Origin: Candidatus Nomurabacteria bacterium GW2011_GWE1_32_28
GTDB taxonomy: Bacteria > Patescibacteriota > Minisyncoccia > Phycocordibacterales > UBA9973
Length of the DNA stretch: 64,000 nt
Reading direction: 5' to 3'
NCBI GenBank assembly: GCA_000989515.1
Contig: LBOM01000005.1
Coordinates: 2,709-66,708, forward strand
Shown: one piece after another, positions 9,924 to 20,200 of the stretch
Layout: each line of letters starts with the position of its first letter
How positions within the stretch are numbered: the first letter of the stretch is position 1
Notes under the pieces: model-generated
The model's database searches: none
Told to the model about the DNA's origin: nothing
The model's input: only the letters and a program-made list of their open reading frames with translations
Translations under genes and position numbers: made by a program

Positions 9924-11402
9924 ATGCAAGATAAAGTTTTTTATGCATCTTGTTTTGGTTTTATATTTGGAGTGCTGTTGCGCTCTTTTGTTTTTGTAGA
10001 TTTATATTTAGTTATTTTATTTATGTTAATTGCTTTGGCAATTATTTTGTTTTATTCCTTAATTTCAAAAAATAAATGGGGAATATTTGTAGGAATTTTT
10101 ATTTTAGTTTTCTCTTTAGGGATTTTTAGATTTAATATGGTTGATGTTTCTGCTCCTGCAGTTTTTGAATCAAGTCTTGGACAAAAAGCATTTTTCTCTG
10201 GAGAAATAATAGACGAACCGAGTATAGGAGATACTAATCAGAAATTTAGTGTAGAAATTAAGAATAATAAAGATAAAACAAAAGTTTTGTTGTCTGTAAA
10301 TTTAAATGAATATTTAAAATATGGTGATGAAATAAATTTTGAAGGAACACTAGAGAAACCAGAAAATTTTATCACAGATCAAGGAAAAGAATTTGACTAT
10401 ATAAATTATTTACGGAAAGATGGCATATTTTATGTTATGAGATATCCTACGATTGAAATTGTATCTCATGGGAATGGTAATTTTATAAAAAATGCTCTTT
10501 TTTATGTTAAAGAAATGTTTTTAAATAAAATGAATTTGGCTATAAGAGAACCAGAATCATTGCTCATGGGTGGACTTATTTTAGGAGAGAAAGCTTCATT
10601 TGATGAAAGTTTAAGGCAAAGTTTTGTAGATACTGGTACGATACATATTGTTGCACTTTCTGGGTACAATGTGACTATCGTTGCTGAGTGGATAATGAAA
10701 ATATTTTCTTCATTTCCTAAAAACATAGGTCTTGGTGCTGGTATATTTTCTATTCTTCTTTTTGTTTTGATGACTGGTGGGTCTTCTACTGCAGTACGAG
10801 CTGGAATAATGGCGAGTCTTGCACTTTTTGCACGTCTTATAGGAAGAAATTATGATGTTGCACGGGCACTAATACTTGCTGGTATTGTAATGGTTTTAAT
10901 AAATCCATTTGTTCTCGTTTTCGATGTTTCTTTTCAACTTTCTTTCATAGCGACTGTCGCTGTGATATTCTTTGCACCTAAAATTGAGAAATATTTTTTA
11001 TGGGTCACTACTCGTTTTGAATTACGAGATATTATTTCTGTAACATGTGCAGCTTATATTTTTGTTTTACCTTTTATACTTTATAAGATGGGCAATCTTT
11101 CATTGGTGGCATTGCCTGCGAATGTTTTGATATTACCATTTATTCCTTTTACTATGATTTTAGGTTTTCTGACTGGTTTTACAGGAATTATTTGGTATGT
11201 TTTTGCAATTCCTTTTGGTTCACTTTCTTTTGTTCTTCTTCATTATGAACTCTCTGTAATAAGTTTCTTTTCAAATTTGCCATTTGCTGCATTGTCTGTG
11301 CCAAATTTTCCATTTATTCTTACACTTTTAATTTATATCTATTTTATTTATAGACTTTTTGGAAGGAGCATCAAAAGTTTTTTTAAAGAAGCTTTAGAAT
11401 AG
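9924..11402 (+). CDS. comEC: ComEC/Rec2-family DNA internalisation channel, membrane (DUF4131 + competence) part only
   Basis: 492 aa polytopic membrane protein with ComEC-like N-terminal OB/DUF4131 region and competence-domain TM core; no metallo-beta-lactamase domain in this ORF. Confidence 0.6.
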   Translation: MQDKVFYASCFGFIFGVLLRSFVFVDLYLVILFMLIALAIILFYSLISKNKWGIFVGIFILVFSLGIFRFNMVDVSAPAVFESSLGQKAFFSGEIIDEPSIGDTNQKFSVEIKNNKDKTKVLLSVNLNEYLKYGDEINFEGTLEKPENFITDQGKEFDYINYLRKDGIFYVMRYPTIEIVSHGNGNFIKNALFYVKEMFLNKMNLAIREPESLLMGGLILGEKASFDESLRQSFVDTGTIHIVALSGYNVTIVAEWIMKIFSSFPKNIGLGAGIFSILLFVLMTGGSSTAVRAGIMASLALFARLIGRNYDVARALILAGIVMVLINPFVLVFDVSFQLSFIATVAVIFFAPKIEKYFLWVTTRFELRDIISVTCAAYIFVLPFILYKMGNLSLVALPANVLILPFIPFTMILGFLTGFTGIIWYVFAIPFGSLSFVLLHYELSVISFFSNLPFAALSVPNFPFILTLLIYIYFIYRLFGRSIKSFFKEALE

Positions 11403-11493
11403 CTGCCTTTTCACAGCCCGCACTCGAACCTGAATGTGGTTTACGAATCTAATATTGCGTATGCTGAAAAAGGCACCATTCTAAAGCTTCTTT

Positions 11494-12087
11494 TTATTTT
11501 ACCTTTTTGAAGTTTTCTTCTATCACTTCCCAATTTAGATTTTCAAAATAAGCATCAACGTATTTTTTCTTTTCTGAAGTTGCATAGTCGTATATAAAAG
11601 AATGTTCCCACATATCAATACACAAGATCCATTCAAAACCATTTAATTGTCCTATGTGTTGTTCATCTATCCAAATATTTAAGAGTTGTTTTGTTTGTTT
11701 GTCATAGCCTAACACAGCCCAACCTATTCCTCGTGTCATGGCGAGAGTTTTAAAATTAGATAGCCATACATCAAAAGAAGATATTTGTTTTTCTATTTCT
11801 TCTTTTAGTTTAGAATTTTCTGGAAGAGGTTTTGCTCCACCTTCTAAAGATTGAAAATAATACTCATGATTTCTTACACCATTAAATTCAAAACCCAACC
11901 TTCTTCGTAATTCACTTATTATGTATGTGTTCTTCTCAGGATCACTCATATATTCTTCTATCTTTTCTAAAATAAGATTTGTGTGTTTTACATATCCTGA
12001 ATAGAGTTTTAAATGCTCTTCTACGTTTTTAGTTGAGAGATCTTTTAATGGAGGTATATTAAATTTTAGTTCTTCGAATTTTTTCAT
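11494..12087 (-). CDS. sodA: Fe/Mn superoxide dismutase
   Basis: C-terminal DMWEHSFIYDY (DxWEHAYY) signature, 197 aa. Confidence 0.8.
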   Translation of the reverse strand: MKKFEELKFNIPPLKDLSTKNVEEHLKLYSGYVKHTNLILEKIEEYMSDPEKNTYIISELRRRLGFEFNGVRNHEYYFQSLEGGAKPLPENSKLKEEIEKQISSFDVWLSNFKTLAMTRGIGWAVLGYDKQTKQLLNIWIDEQHIGQLNGFEWILCIDMWEHSFIYDYATSEKKKYVDAYFENLNWEVIEENFKKVK

Positions 12088-12196
12088 TTTGTTTTTAAAT
12101 TATATTTCTTTAGATCTTGTTTGAGATGAAAAGAAGTATAATTTTATATTAAATTAATAATTATCTAAGAGAGGTTTATCGTGTTAATATTATAAC

Positions 12197-13063
12197 ATGC
12201 TTTTGGACTACAAGAAATATTGGTTATTTTTACTTACATTTTTACTTTTAATAGCTAATATTTTTATTTTTTATTTTGATTGGAAAAGTTCTCATAAAAG
12301 TTTTATATTTGCGATGTTAGATGTAGGACAAGGAGATGCACTTTTTATAGAATCTCCAACTGGTACACAAATGTTAATAGATGGAGGTCCTCCAAAAAAG
12401 ATACTGAGTCAGCTTTCTAGCATAATGTCTCCATTTGATAGAAGTATAGATGCTATTTTTGTAACTAACCCAGACCAAGATCATATTGCTGGTTTTTTAG
12501 ATGTTTTAAAAGTTTATAAAGTAGATAAAATGTTTGAACCAGGTACGTTGACTGATTCTAAGGTCTATCAAAATTTAAAAGATGAAATAAAAAAAGATGG
12601 TATTCAGAATATTTTAGCAAAAAAGGGAATGAGATTAAACATGGGTGCTGGTGTGTTTGTTGATATTTTATTTCCAGATCGTGATGTATCCTCTTGGTCT
12701 ACAAATGATGGATCTTTGGTAGCTAGACTCACTTATGGAAATAACAAAATAATGCTTACTGGAGATGCATCAGTAAAGACAGAAAAAATAATTCTTGAAG
12801 AAAATCCTCAAGAACAATTAGAAAGTAATATTTTAAAGATTGGACACCACGGTTCACGTACTTCTACGTCCACTGAATTTTTAAAAGCTATAAATCCATC
12901 TTATGCATTTATTTCAGATGGAAAAGACAACAAATATGGTCATCCACACAAAGAAATATTAGACGAATTGAGTCAATTTGGTACTAAAATACTACGCACT
13001 GATATACTTGGAACAATAATTATGAAATGTGCTAAAATAGACAAATGCGAGATAAACAAATAG
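12197..13063 (+). CDS. ComEC-type metallo-beta-lactamase-fold domain protein (stand-alone; N-terminal TM anchor)
   Basis: LDVGQGDALFIESPTGTQMLIDGG and HHGSRTS motifs typical of the ComEC C-terminal MBL domain. Confidence 0.65.
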   Translation: MLLDYKKYWLFLLTFLLLIANIFIFYFDWKSSHKSFIFAMLDVGQGDALFIESPTGTQMLIDGGPPKKILSQLSSIMSPFDRSIDAIFVTNPDQDHIAGFLDVLKVYKVDKMFEPGTLTDSKVYQNLKDEIKKDGIQNILAKKGMRLNMGAGVFVDILFPDRDVSSWSTNDGSLVARLTYGNNKIMLTGDASVKTEKIILEENPQEQLESNILKIGHHGSRTSTSTEFLKAINPSYAFISDGKDNKYGHPHKEILDELSQFGTKILRTDILGTIIMKCAKIDKCEINK

Positions 13064-14289
13064 AAAAATTAATAAATTTAGAAAAGAAAAGACAAGCTGA
13101 AGGCTTGGAGCTTATTCCATCCGAAAATTATGTCTCAGAAGATGTTTTAAAGGCAAATGGCTCTATTTTTACTAATAAATATTCTGAAGGATACCCAGGA
13201 CGTAGATATTATGGTGGACAGGAATTTACTGATAAAGTAGAGCTTTTGGCGATAGAACGTGTGTGTAAATTGTTTAATTGTAAGTTTGCAAATGTTCAAC
13301 CACATTCTGGCGCTCCTGCAAATCTGGCCGTTTATGCTGCACTTTTGAATCCTGGAGATACTGTCCTTGGTATGGATTTGTCTCATGGTGGACATTTAAC
13401 CCATGGTCATCCAATGACTCTTCCTGCGAAGATTTATAAGTTTGTTACTTATAAAATGAAAGATCCTGAAACAGGAGAGATTGATTATGAAGACTTAAGA
13501 AGGCAAGCCATAGAATTTAAACCTAAAATAATTCTTGCTGGATTTTCTGCATATTCACGAACTCTTGATTATAAAAAATTTGTGGAAATTGCAAAGGAAG
13601 TTGGTGCTGTTACTATGGCAGACATGGCACATATTGCTGGAATGATAGCTGGTGGCGCACTTCGAAATCCTTTTGATGATGGTTTTGATATTATAACTTC
13701 CACTACTCACAAAACTCTACGAGGACCTAGGGGTGGAATAATCTTAACTCGTGAAAATGAAGAAATAGCAAAGAAGATTGATAAAGCAATTTTTCCAGGG
13801 ATACAAGGTGGTCCTCATATGCATACTATCGCTGCTAAAGCAGTGGCTTTTGGTGAAGCAATGACTCCAAAATATAAAAGATATGTTAAACAAATTTTAA
13901 AAAATGCAAAAGCTATGGAAAAAGTTTTACATAAAAATAATATTCGTATGATAGGTGGTGGTACAGACAATCATCTTATTTTGGCTGATGTTTTTGGTTC
14001 TTTGGGTGTGACAGGCAAAGAAGCTCAGACTGTACTCGATGAAGTAGGTATTACTTTAAATATGAATTCTATTGCAGGAGATACAAGGAAGCCATTAGAC
14101 CCTTCTGGTATAAGGTTTGGCACTCCAGCTATCACTACACGTGGTTTTAAGGAAAAAGAATGTGCTTATGTGGCAGGACTTATTATAAAAGTTTTAAAAA
14201 ATAAAGATGATAAGAAGTTAAAAGAATCGGTACATAAAGAAATTAAAAAATTAGCAAAAAAGTTTCCAATACCCAAAAGTTTTGTTTAA
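13045..14289 (+). CDS. glyA: Serine hydroxymethyltransferase
   Basis: LELIPSENYVS, YSEGYPGRRYYGG, THKTLRGPRGG (PLP-Lys) motifs; 414 aa. Confidence 0.9.
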   Translation: MRDKQIEKLINLEKKRQAEGLELIPSENYVSEDVLKANGSIFTNKYSEGYPGRRYYGGQEFTDKVELLAIERVCKLFNCKFANVQPHSGAPANLAVYAALLNPGDTVLGMDLSHGGHLTHGHPMTLPAKIYKFVTYKMKDPETGEIDYEDLRRQAIEFKPKIILAGFSAYSRTLDYKKFVEIAKEVGAVTMADMAHIAGMIAGGALRNPFDDGFDIITSTTHKTLRGPRGGIILTRENEEIAKKIDKAIFPGIQGGPHMHTIAAKAVAFGEAMTPKYKRYVKQILKNAKAMEKVLHKNNIRMIGGGTDNHLILADVFGSLGVTGKEAQTVLDEVGITLNMNSIAGDTRKPLDPSGIRFGTPAITTRGFKEKECAYVAGLIIKVLKNKDDKKLKESVHKEIKKLAKKFPIPKSFV

Positions 14290-14398
14290 AAATTAAATAA
14301 TTCTATGGACGAAAAAGATAAGATGAAAAAAGATTTTAGTAGTAGAATAAACATGAAATAGATTTTCAATTTGTGGCTTTTTTTGCTATATTTTCTAT

Positions 14399-15091
14399 AT
14401 GTCTAAAAAAGGAAAACTAATAGTAATAGATGGAACAGACGGAAGTGGAAAAGCAACACAGGTTGAGCTTTTAGCTAAAAGATTAAAAAAAGAAGGCAAG
14501 ACAGTTAAAATAATAGATTTTCCTGATTATTATTCTAATTTCTTTGGTAAATTTATTGGGCATTGTCTAACAGAACAATATTATAATTTTGTTAAAGTTC
14601 ATCCTAAAATAGCTTCAGTCTTGTATGCAGCAGATAGATTTGAATCAAAAATAAAAACAGAAGATTGGCTTAAGAGAGGGTATATAGTAATAGCAAATAG
14701 ATATGTTTCTGCAAACCAGATTCATCAAGGTGGTAAGATAGCTAATATAAAAAAAAGACAAGCTTTTATTAAATGGCTAGATGAAATGGAATATAAAGTT
14801 TTTAAAATTCCAAGGCCAAATGTTGTAATTTATCTAAATCTTTCTATCCCTTTTATATTAAGTCTTATAAAAGAAAGAAATAAAAAGAGTAATCGTTCTT
14901 ATGTTGGTAAAAAGAAAGATATTGTAGAAGGTGATATAAAATATCTTACAAATTCTCAAAAGAGCGCTGTTTGGTTAGCAAAAACACAATCAGAATTCGT
15001 GCAAATAAAATGTGTAAATAAAAATATATTACGAACTAGAGAAGATATTCATGAAGAAGTTTATGAAAAAGTTAAAAAAATTACTAGATAA
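14399..15091 (+). CDS. tmk: Thymidylate kinase
   Basis: P-loop IVIDGTDGSGKATQ, DRF motif YAADRFES, NRY motif. Confidence 0.75.
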   Translation: MSKKGKLIVIDGTDGSGKATQVELLAKRLKKEGKTVKIIDFPDYYSNFFGKFIGHCLTEQYYNFVKVHPKIASVLYAADRFESKIKTEDWLKRGYIVIANRYVSANQIHQGGKIANIKKRQAFIKWLDEMEYKVFKIPRPNVVIYLNLSIPFILSLIKERNKKSNRSYVGKKKDIVEGDIKYLTNSQKSAVWLAKTQSEFVQIKCVNKNILRTREDIHEEVYEKVKKITR

Positions 15092-15103
15092 TTTAATAAA
15101 TAT

Positions 15104-15436
15104 ATGGAATTAAAAGAATATCAAAAAAAAGCATTATTAACAGCATTTCATCCAGAAAAATATAAAATTATTTATCCAGCCTTAGGGCTTGGCAACGAAT
15201 CTGGAGAAGTAATGGGGAAGATAAAAAAATGGTTGCGTGGTGATGATAATGGAGAGACCATGAGCGAAGACAGGAAAGAAGCAATAAAAGGAGAATTGGG
15301 TGATGTGTTGTGGTATTTAGCAGTATTGGCTCACGATTTAGATCTATCTCTTGAAGATATTGCTAAATATAATTTAGATAAATTGCAATTGAGAAAAGAA
15401 AGAGGAACGTTAAAAGGCGATGGAGATACAAGATAG
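15104..15436 (+). CDS. MazG-like nucleoside triphosphate pyrophosphohydrolase (small single-domain form)
   Basis: E-x2-E-x12-LGDVLWYLAxLA pattern typical of MazG/HisE-fold NTP-PPases, 110 aa. Confidence 0.5.
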   Translation: MELKEYQKKALLTAFHPEKYKIIYPALGLGNESGEVMGKIKKWLRGDDNGETMSEDRKEAIKGELGDVLWYLAVLAHDLDLSLEDIAKYNLDKLQLRKERGTLKGDGDTR

Positions 15437-17198
15437 AATAATTATGAAAGAGAAAATAGAAAATTTAATAAAAAATTCTTTAAAAGAATTTGATATAGAG
15501 ACTAACAATATTTTTTTAGAACATCCTGCAGATATAAAGATGGGAGATTATTCTACGAATGTAGCGATGGTTCTTGCTAAAGAAAATAAAACTAGTCCTA
15601 AAGAATTGGCGGAAAAGATAGCTGGAGAAATAAATAAAATGATCGCTATTTCTCTAGATTTAAGGTTGGATGTTGATAGAGTAGAGGCAAAAAATGGATT
15701 TATTAATTTTTATTTGTCTAAGAATTTTTTGATTGATTCTATTAAAGAAATTTTAGAAAATAAAAATTTTGGGAAAAATAATTATTTTGATGGTAAGAAG
15801 GTAATGATTGAATACACAGATCCAAATCCTTTTAAGCCTTTTCATATTGGACATTTGATGAGTAATGCAATAGGAGAATCTATTTCTCGTATTTTTGAAT
15901 TTTCTGGAGCAAAGGTAGTTCGTGCAAATTATCAAGGAGATGTCGGTCCTCATGTAGCAAAAGCTGTTTATCAAATGTTGGAAAATATAGATGATACAAA
16001 ATCTCTAATGATGGATAATGTTTCTTTGACTGAAAAGATTAATTATATTGGAAGTTCTTATTCAAAAGGAAATGATGTTTATGAAAATAAAGAAGAGTGT
16101 AAAAAAGAAATTGATGAAATAAATAAAAAAATTTACGAAAGAAGTGATAAAAAAATAAATGAGATTTATGATTGGGGAAGAGTTCTTACACTGGAAGCAT
16201 TTGAAGAGATTTATAAAAAATTAGGTACTAATTTTAATTATTATTTTTTTGAAAGTATAGTAGCGCCTATCGGTCTTAAGATAGTACACGAAAATTGTGA
16301 TGAAAATAAGTCTGATAATATTTTTGAGAAGAGTGATGGAGCAATAGTTTTTCATGCAGAAAAATATGATTCAAGGCTTCACACAAGAGTTTTTATTAAT
16401 TCTAAGGGTTTGCCTACATATGAGACTAAGGAGCTGGGGCTTACTCAAATGAAATTTGAAAAAGAAAAATTAGATTTATCTGTTGTAATAACAGCAAATG
16501 AACAAGAAGAATATATGAAAGTTGTCAGTAAGGCATTAGAAATAATAAATCCAGGTATTGTTCATAAGATGAAACATATAGTGCATGGCATGATGCGTCT
16601 TTCTTCTGGAAAGATGTCTTCTCGAAAGGGTAATGTTATAACAGGAGAGTCTCTGATAATAGAATCTTGTGATAAAATTTTAGAAAAAATAAAAGATAGA
16701 GATTTTACAGATGAAGAAAAAAAACAAATAAGTAATGATGTCGGTGTGGCCGCGCTTAAATATTCTATTTTAAGACAAGATATTAGTGGAAATATTATTT
16801 ATGACGCAGATAAATCTATTTCATTTGAAGGAGATTCTGGGCCATATTTACAATATTCATATGCTAGAGCTTTCTCTATTTTAGAAAAAGCTAAAGTAGA
16901 AAATATTTTACCAAGTTTTGTATTTTCAGAGATTGATGTTAATGTTTTTGAAATAGAAAAATTATTATATAGGTTTCCTGAAATAGTATTACGTGGAGCA
17001 CAAGAATTTGAGCCACATTATATTGCAAATTATTTAGTAGATATTGCTCGTGCGTTTAATGCTTTTTATGGGAATAATAAAATTATAGACAAAGATGATT
17101 CAATGTCGTCTTATAAAGTAGCTCTTACATTAGCTTTTTCTTATGTTATTAAAAATGGACTTTATCTATTGGGAATTAAGTCCCCCGAAAGAATGTAG
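15420..17198 (+). CDS. argS: Arginyl-tRNA synthetase
   Basis: Class I HIGH motif PFHIGHLMS, ArgRS N-terminal add-1-like domain, C-terminal DALR anticodon-binding region, 592 aa. Confidence 0.85.
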   Translation: MEIQDRIIMKEKIENLIKNSLKEFDIETNNIFLEHPADIKMGDYSTNVAMVLAKENKTSPKELAEKIAGEINKMIAISLDLRLDVDRVEAKNGFINFYLSKNFLIDSIKEILENKNFGKNNYFDGKKVMIEYTDPNPFKPFHIGHLMSNAIGESISRIFEFSGAKVVRANYQGDVGPHVAKAVYQMLENIDDTKSLMMDNVSLTEKINYIGSSYSKGNDVYENKEECKKEIDEINKKIYERSDKKINEIYDWGRVLTLEAFEEIYKKLGTNFNYYFFESIVAPIGLKIVHENCDENKSDNIFEKSDGAIVFHAEKYDSRLHTRVFINSKGLPTYETKELGLTQMKFEKEKLDLSVVITANEQEEYMKVVSKALEIINPGIVHKMKHIVHGMMRLSSGKMSSRKGNVITGESLIIESCDKILEKIKDRDFTDEEKKQISNDVGVAALKYSILRQDISGNIIYDADKSISFEGDSGPYLQYSYARAFSILEKAKVENILPSFVFSEIDVNVFEIEKLLYRFPEIVLRGAQEFEPHYIANYLVDIARAFNAFYGNNKIIDKDDSMSSYKVALTLAFSYVIKNGLYLLGIKSPERM

Positions 17199-17233
17199 GA
17201 AAAAAGTAAATTTTTTGATAATATAGTCTCTAT

Positions 17234-20200
17234 ATGGATAAAGATATAAGTAAATCAGAAGCAGCGCTTCGAGAAGAGGCTGTTTTAGAATTTTGGAAAG
17301 AAAGTAAGATTTTTCAAAAGTCTCTAGAAAAAGAAGCACCAAAAGGTGAATTTATTTTTTATGAAGGTCCACCAACTGCAAATGGTAAACCTGGAATTCA
17401 TCATCTTGAAGCAAGAGCATTTAAAGATGCGATACCTAGATATAAAACAATGCGAGGGTATCATGTTCGCAGAAAAGGCGGATGGGATACACATGGTTTG
17501 CCTGTGGAGCTTCAGGTAGAAAAGAAACTAAATTTAGATTCAAAAATTGCAATTGAAAAATATGGAATTGCAAAGTTTAATCAAGGTTGCAAAGAAAGTG
17601 TTTGGGAATATACAGATCTTTGGAGTAAATTTACAGAACGTATTGGTTATTTTGTTGATCAAGAAAATGCTTATGTAACATATCATAATTCTTATATCGA
17701 GTCTGTCTGGGGTGTTCTTAAAAAAATAGATGAACAAAATTTACTTTATAAAGATTATAAAGTCGTACCTTGGTGTCCAAGATGTGGTACAGTTCTTTCT
17801 TCTCATGAGCTTGCTCAAGGATATGAAGATGTAAAAGATTTATCAGTGACAGTAAAATTTAAAATAAAAGGACAAGAAAATACTTATATTCTCGCTTGGA
17901 CGACGACACCTTGGACATTGCCTGGAAATGTTGCTTTGGCAGTAGGAGAGAAGATTGATTATGTAAAAGTTAGTTTAAATGGAGTTTTTTTAATTTTAGC
18001 AAAAGCACGTTTATCTATAATAGAAGGAGAATTTAAAATAATAGAAGAGATTAAAGGTAAAGACTTAATTGGATTAGAATATGAACCACTCTATCCTTTT
18101 TTAAAAGATACAATTTCTGAGAGCGAAAAACCTAAATTAAATAAAGCTTTTAAGATTTATGGAGCAGATTTTGTGACGACAGAAGATGGTACAGGTGTAG
18201 TACACACTGCTGTCATGTATGGACAAGATGATTTTGTATTGGGTACAGAGATTGGGTTACCAAAACATCATTTAGTTGGTCTTGATGGTGTCTTTTTAAA
18301 GGGTACAGGATTTCTAGAAGGTAGATTTGTTAAAGACGAAGAAGTTGCTATTGATATTATTAAAGATTTGGCGAATCGTTCAACTGATCCACTTTTATTT
18401 AAAAAAGAAAAATATGAGCACTCGTATCCTCATTGTTGGCGTTGTAAAACAGCTCTTATATATTATGCTCGTGACTCTTGGTATATCAAAATGTCTGATA
18501 AAAAAATAAAGGATAAAATGATACAAGAAAATAAAAGTATAAATTGGGAACCATCTCATATTCGTGATGGACGTTTTGGTGAATGGTTAAAAGATATTAA
18601 AGATTGGGCAATTTCTCGTGAACGTTATTGGGGGACACCTCTTCCTGTTTGGGAATGTGTTTCTTGTAAAAAAAGAGAAGTTCTTGGAAGTTTAGACGAA
18701 ATAAAAGAAAGAACAAAAAAATCTGGAAATAAATATTTTGTAATGAGACACGGTCAAGCAGAAAGTAATTTAAAAAATACAATAAGTTCTAAAGTTGAAG
18801 ATGTTGATCATTTAACTGAAAAAGGGAAAAAACAAGTTTTTGATTCTTTGTCTGAGTTAAAAAATAAAAAAATTGATTTTATAATCTCTTCTGATTTTAT
18901 GAGAACAAAAGAAACAGCAGAGATTATAAAAAAAGGACTAGGGATTTCTAATAATAATTTAATTTTTGATAAAAGAATTTGGGAATTATCTGCTGGGATA
19001 TTTGATGGTAATACATGGGATAATTTTTGGGAAGTCCGTGAGAACGGAGAAGGTTATTTTTACAAACCAGAGGGTGGTGAATCACACAAAGATCTCAAGT
19101 TGAGAGTTATTAGTTTTTTATATGATTTAGAAAAAAAATACAAAGATAAGAATATTTTAATCATAACTCATGAAGGACCAGCACGTCTTCTTATTGCTGG
19201 GTTAAAAGGTTTTAATGATATTAATACTATAGAATATTTAAAAGATAATATTGTAAAATTTGATAATGCTGAAATTAAAGAACTAGACTTTGTTTCTATT
19301 CCACATAATGAGAGTTATGAGCTTGATTTACATAGACCATATATTGATGATATAGAAATTGAATGTGAATGTGGTGGAGATCTAATAAGAACAAAAGAAG
19401 TCATGGATGTTTGGTTTGATTCTGGTGCGATGCCTTTTGCTCAAGATCATTATCCGTTTGAAAACAAAGAATGGGTAGATAAAAAAGGTTATCCTGCAGA
19501 TTTTATCTCTGAGGCAATAGATCAGACTCGTGGATGGTTTTATACATTACACGCTGTTGGTGTATTGATGGGACGTGGTAAGGCCTATAAAAACGTTATA
19601 TGTTTAGGTCATTTACTTGATTCAAAGGGTAAAAAGATGTCTAAATCTCTTGGTAACATTGTAGATCCTTGGTCTATGATCGAAAAATATGGAGTAGATA
19701 CATTGCGACTTTGGATGTATTCTGTAAATCAGCCTGGTGAATCAAAGAATTTTGATGAAAAAACCGTTATAGAACTTCATAGACAAGTTTTTGGTTTACT
19801 TTATAATGTTTTAGCTTTTTACGAACTTTATAGAGATATACAACTAGAAACTATTGAGTATAAAAAGTCAGAAAATATTTTAGATAAATGGATTTTAGCT
19901 AGACTTGATGAGTTAATAGATTTTACGACTAAACATCTAGATGATTATAAATTACTTGAACCGACTAGGGCGATAAGAGATTTTATTGGAGATCTTTCTA
20001 CCTGGTATTTGCGTCGCTCAAGAGATAGGATAAAAGATGGAGACAAAGAAGCAAAGCAGACCTTATATTTTGTTTTAAAAAATCTTTCAAAGATAATGGC
20101 ACCATTTACACCTTTTGCCGCTGATGATATATGGTTAAAACTTAAAAATGAAAAAGACATAGAAAGTATTCATTTAGCAGAATGGCCCAAATCATCAAAA

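Noticed and set aside
11400-11480. GC-rich patch containing CTCGAACC (reverse complement of a GGTTCGAG T-loop-like motif) as a possible tRNA
   Set aside because: No 7-bp acceptor stem, T-stem or anticodon arm can be formed on either strand. It is more likely the sodA/comEC 3' region.
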